A stretch of DNA of 64,000 nucleotides from Macrostomum hystrix. Lineage: Eukaryota; Animalia; Platyhelminthes. Below are positions 62,861-64,000 of the stretch, in pieces. The notes under the pieces were generated by a model. It had not been told where the DNA came from, ran no database searches, and saw only the letters and a list, made by a program, of their open reading frames with translations. The DNA is taken from positions 3,844,001 through 3,908,000 of the forward strand of contig CATNEN010000024.1 of the NCBI GenBank assembly GCA_950097015.1, in the 5' to 3' direction. Each line of letters begins with the position of its first letter. Within the stretch, counting starts at the first letter, position 1. A program made the position numbers and the translations under genes.

Positions 62861-64000
62861 AGTAAGATAGTAAATATGCTACCTAGACTAACTAAAGAAA
62901 ATACTCAGAATAACTAAATACGCTATCAGACTAAATACGCTACCTTATAATAAATAGTCAGACCCCCGTATAATAAATAGGATTATTCTTCAATAGGTCC
63001 CCATGCCTCCATTGAAGTTAAAACCTTTTTATTATTCTTTAAACAGTCCAACCCAAAACACTTTAATCACTATGTCCCACTTAGTATGCTTTATTGCTGT
63101 ATGGTATTCCAAAAATAATTATACCCTACCAACAAAAGCCCTGTTTAGGAGCAAAATAGTTTCTCTTTTAACTCACAGTTAAAACTTTTTCTGACTTAGA
63201 TTTTTGTGAACTTACTAAAACTGATTCTATTATATTATATACGACTAAAGTTCGAGAAACCAGATTTCCCGAAGGACCACTAGAAAAAGAAACGTTCAAT
63301 TAAAGTGTCGTTAAAGCTTACGAACGCACACGAACAAATGAACAGTAAAAGCTTCTAAAAAAACAAATACAAATAAAAACTTTACATGATTATCTTAAAA
63401 TACAACGCCAAAAATCCTTTTTGATGATTTTCGTTTTACTGATTACAAAAAAAGGATAAGATTTTTAAATCGTAGTTTTTTATATTTTAGCAGGCCTGCT
63501 GTTCTGTTCTGCTATCTCAATTTTGTTCCGCTATCCTCTTTTGCATATTGTCTCGCGTTTTTCTTTGTTCTTTCTTTCCTTTACACATAATTGAAATCTA
63601 CTGAAATAAAAAATAGAGCCTCGTATCTTGCGATTATTGTTTTCTTTTTTTGTTCCTGTCTCGCACTTTTTCACTCGTCAGCTACAATAGGCTTTACACA
63701 GTCAAACGTACGTACTAGCCTATACTGTTCGTTTTTAGTTTTAGCATTAAAAAGCTAGCTATTTACAATACAATTGTACTTTTTGTCTTTTTTGATTAAT
63801 TGAGACTTTGTTTCTCAATCCCTTGTTCGGTTATAAAGCAAGTAGGGGGCCTAGTTCATCTTGCCTGCCAAAAGCCTAAAATAATTGTCTGTAATGTAGA
63901 TACATTATAAATATGTACTCATATACTTAACATACATATCTAGTACAAGTTATATTTGTATGTTTATTTAAGTATGTATGTATATAGTATATGTGTATGT

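Overview
Eukaryotic (animal) genomic DNA, not prokaryotic. GC-rich exons with GT..AG introns sit in AT-rich DNA packed with locus-specific minisatellites, SINEs, MITEs, Helitrons and EnSpm/CACTA-type remnants. The overall style resembles a free-living flatworm such as Macrostomum, but that is an inference I cannot confirm. All ten recognisable cellular genes lie on the minus strand in a head-to-tail run over about 55 kb. From right to left (transcription order) they are: a MEIOB/RPA1-C-like OB-fold gene, AAMDC, BCKDHA, two tandem PCNA genes, PPIH, a six-exon TDRD12-like Tudor/helicase/CS gene, PREB/SEC12, an uncharacterised two-module helical-repeat gene, and OXNAD1. Most have a 3' splice acceptor just upstream of the first coding codon. 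BCKDHA and probably TDRD12 begin in frame at an acceptor with no ATG of their own. This pattern fits spliced-leader trans-splicing with the flatworm SL-terminal AUG supplying Met1, and possibly polycistronic transcription. Other highlights are an ARM-like insertion in TDRD12, PCNA duplicates with near-identical exons but unalignable introns, introns filled almost entirely by minisatellites, and many foldback elements. Splice models and alignments were read by eye, and repeat boundaries and copy numbers are approximate.
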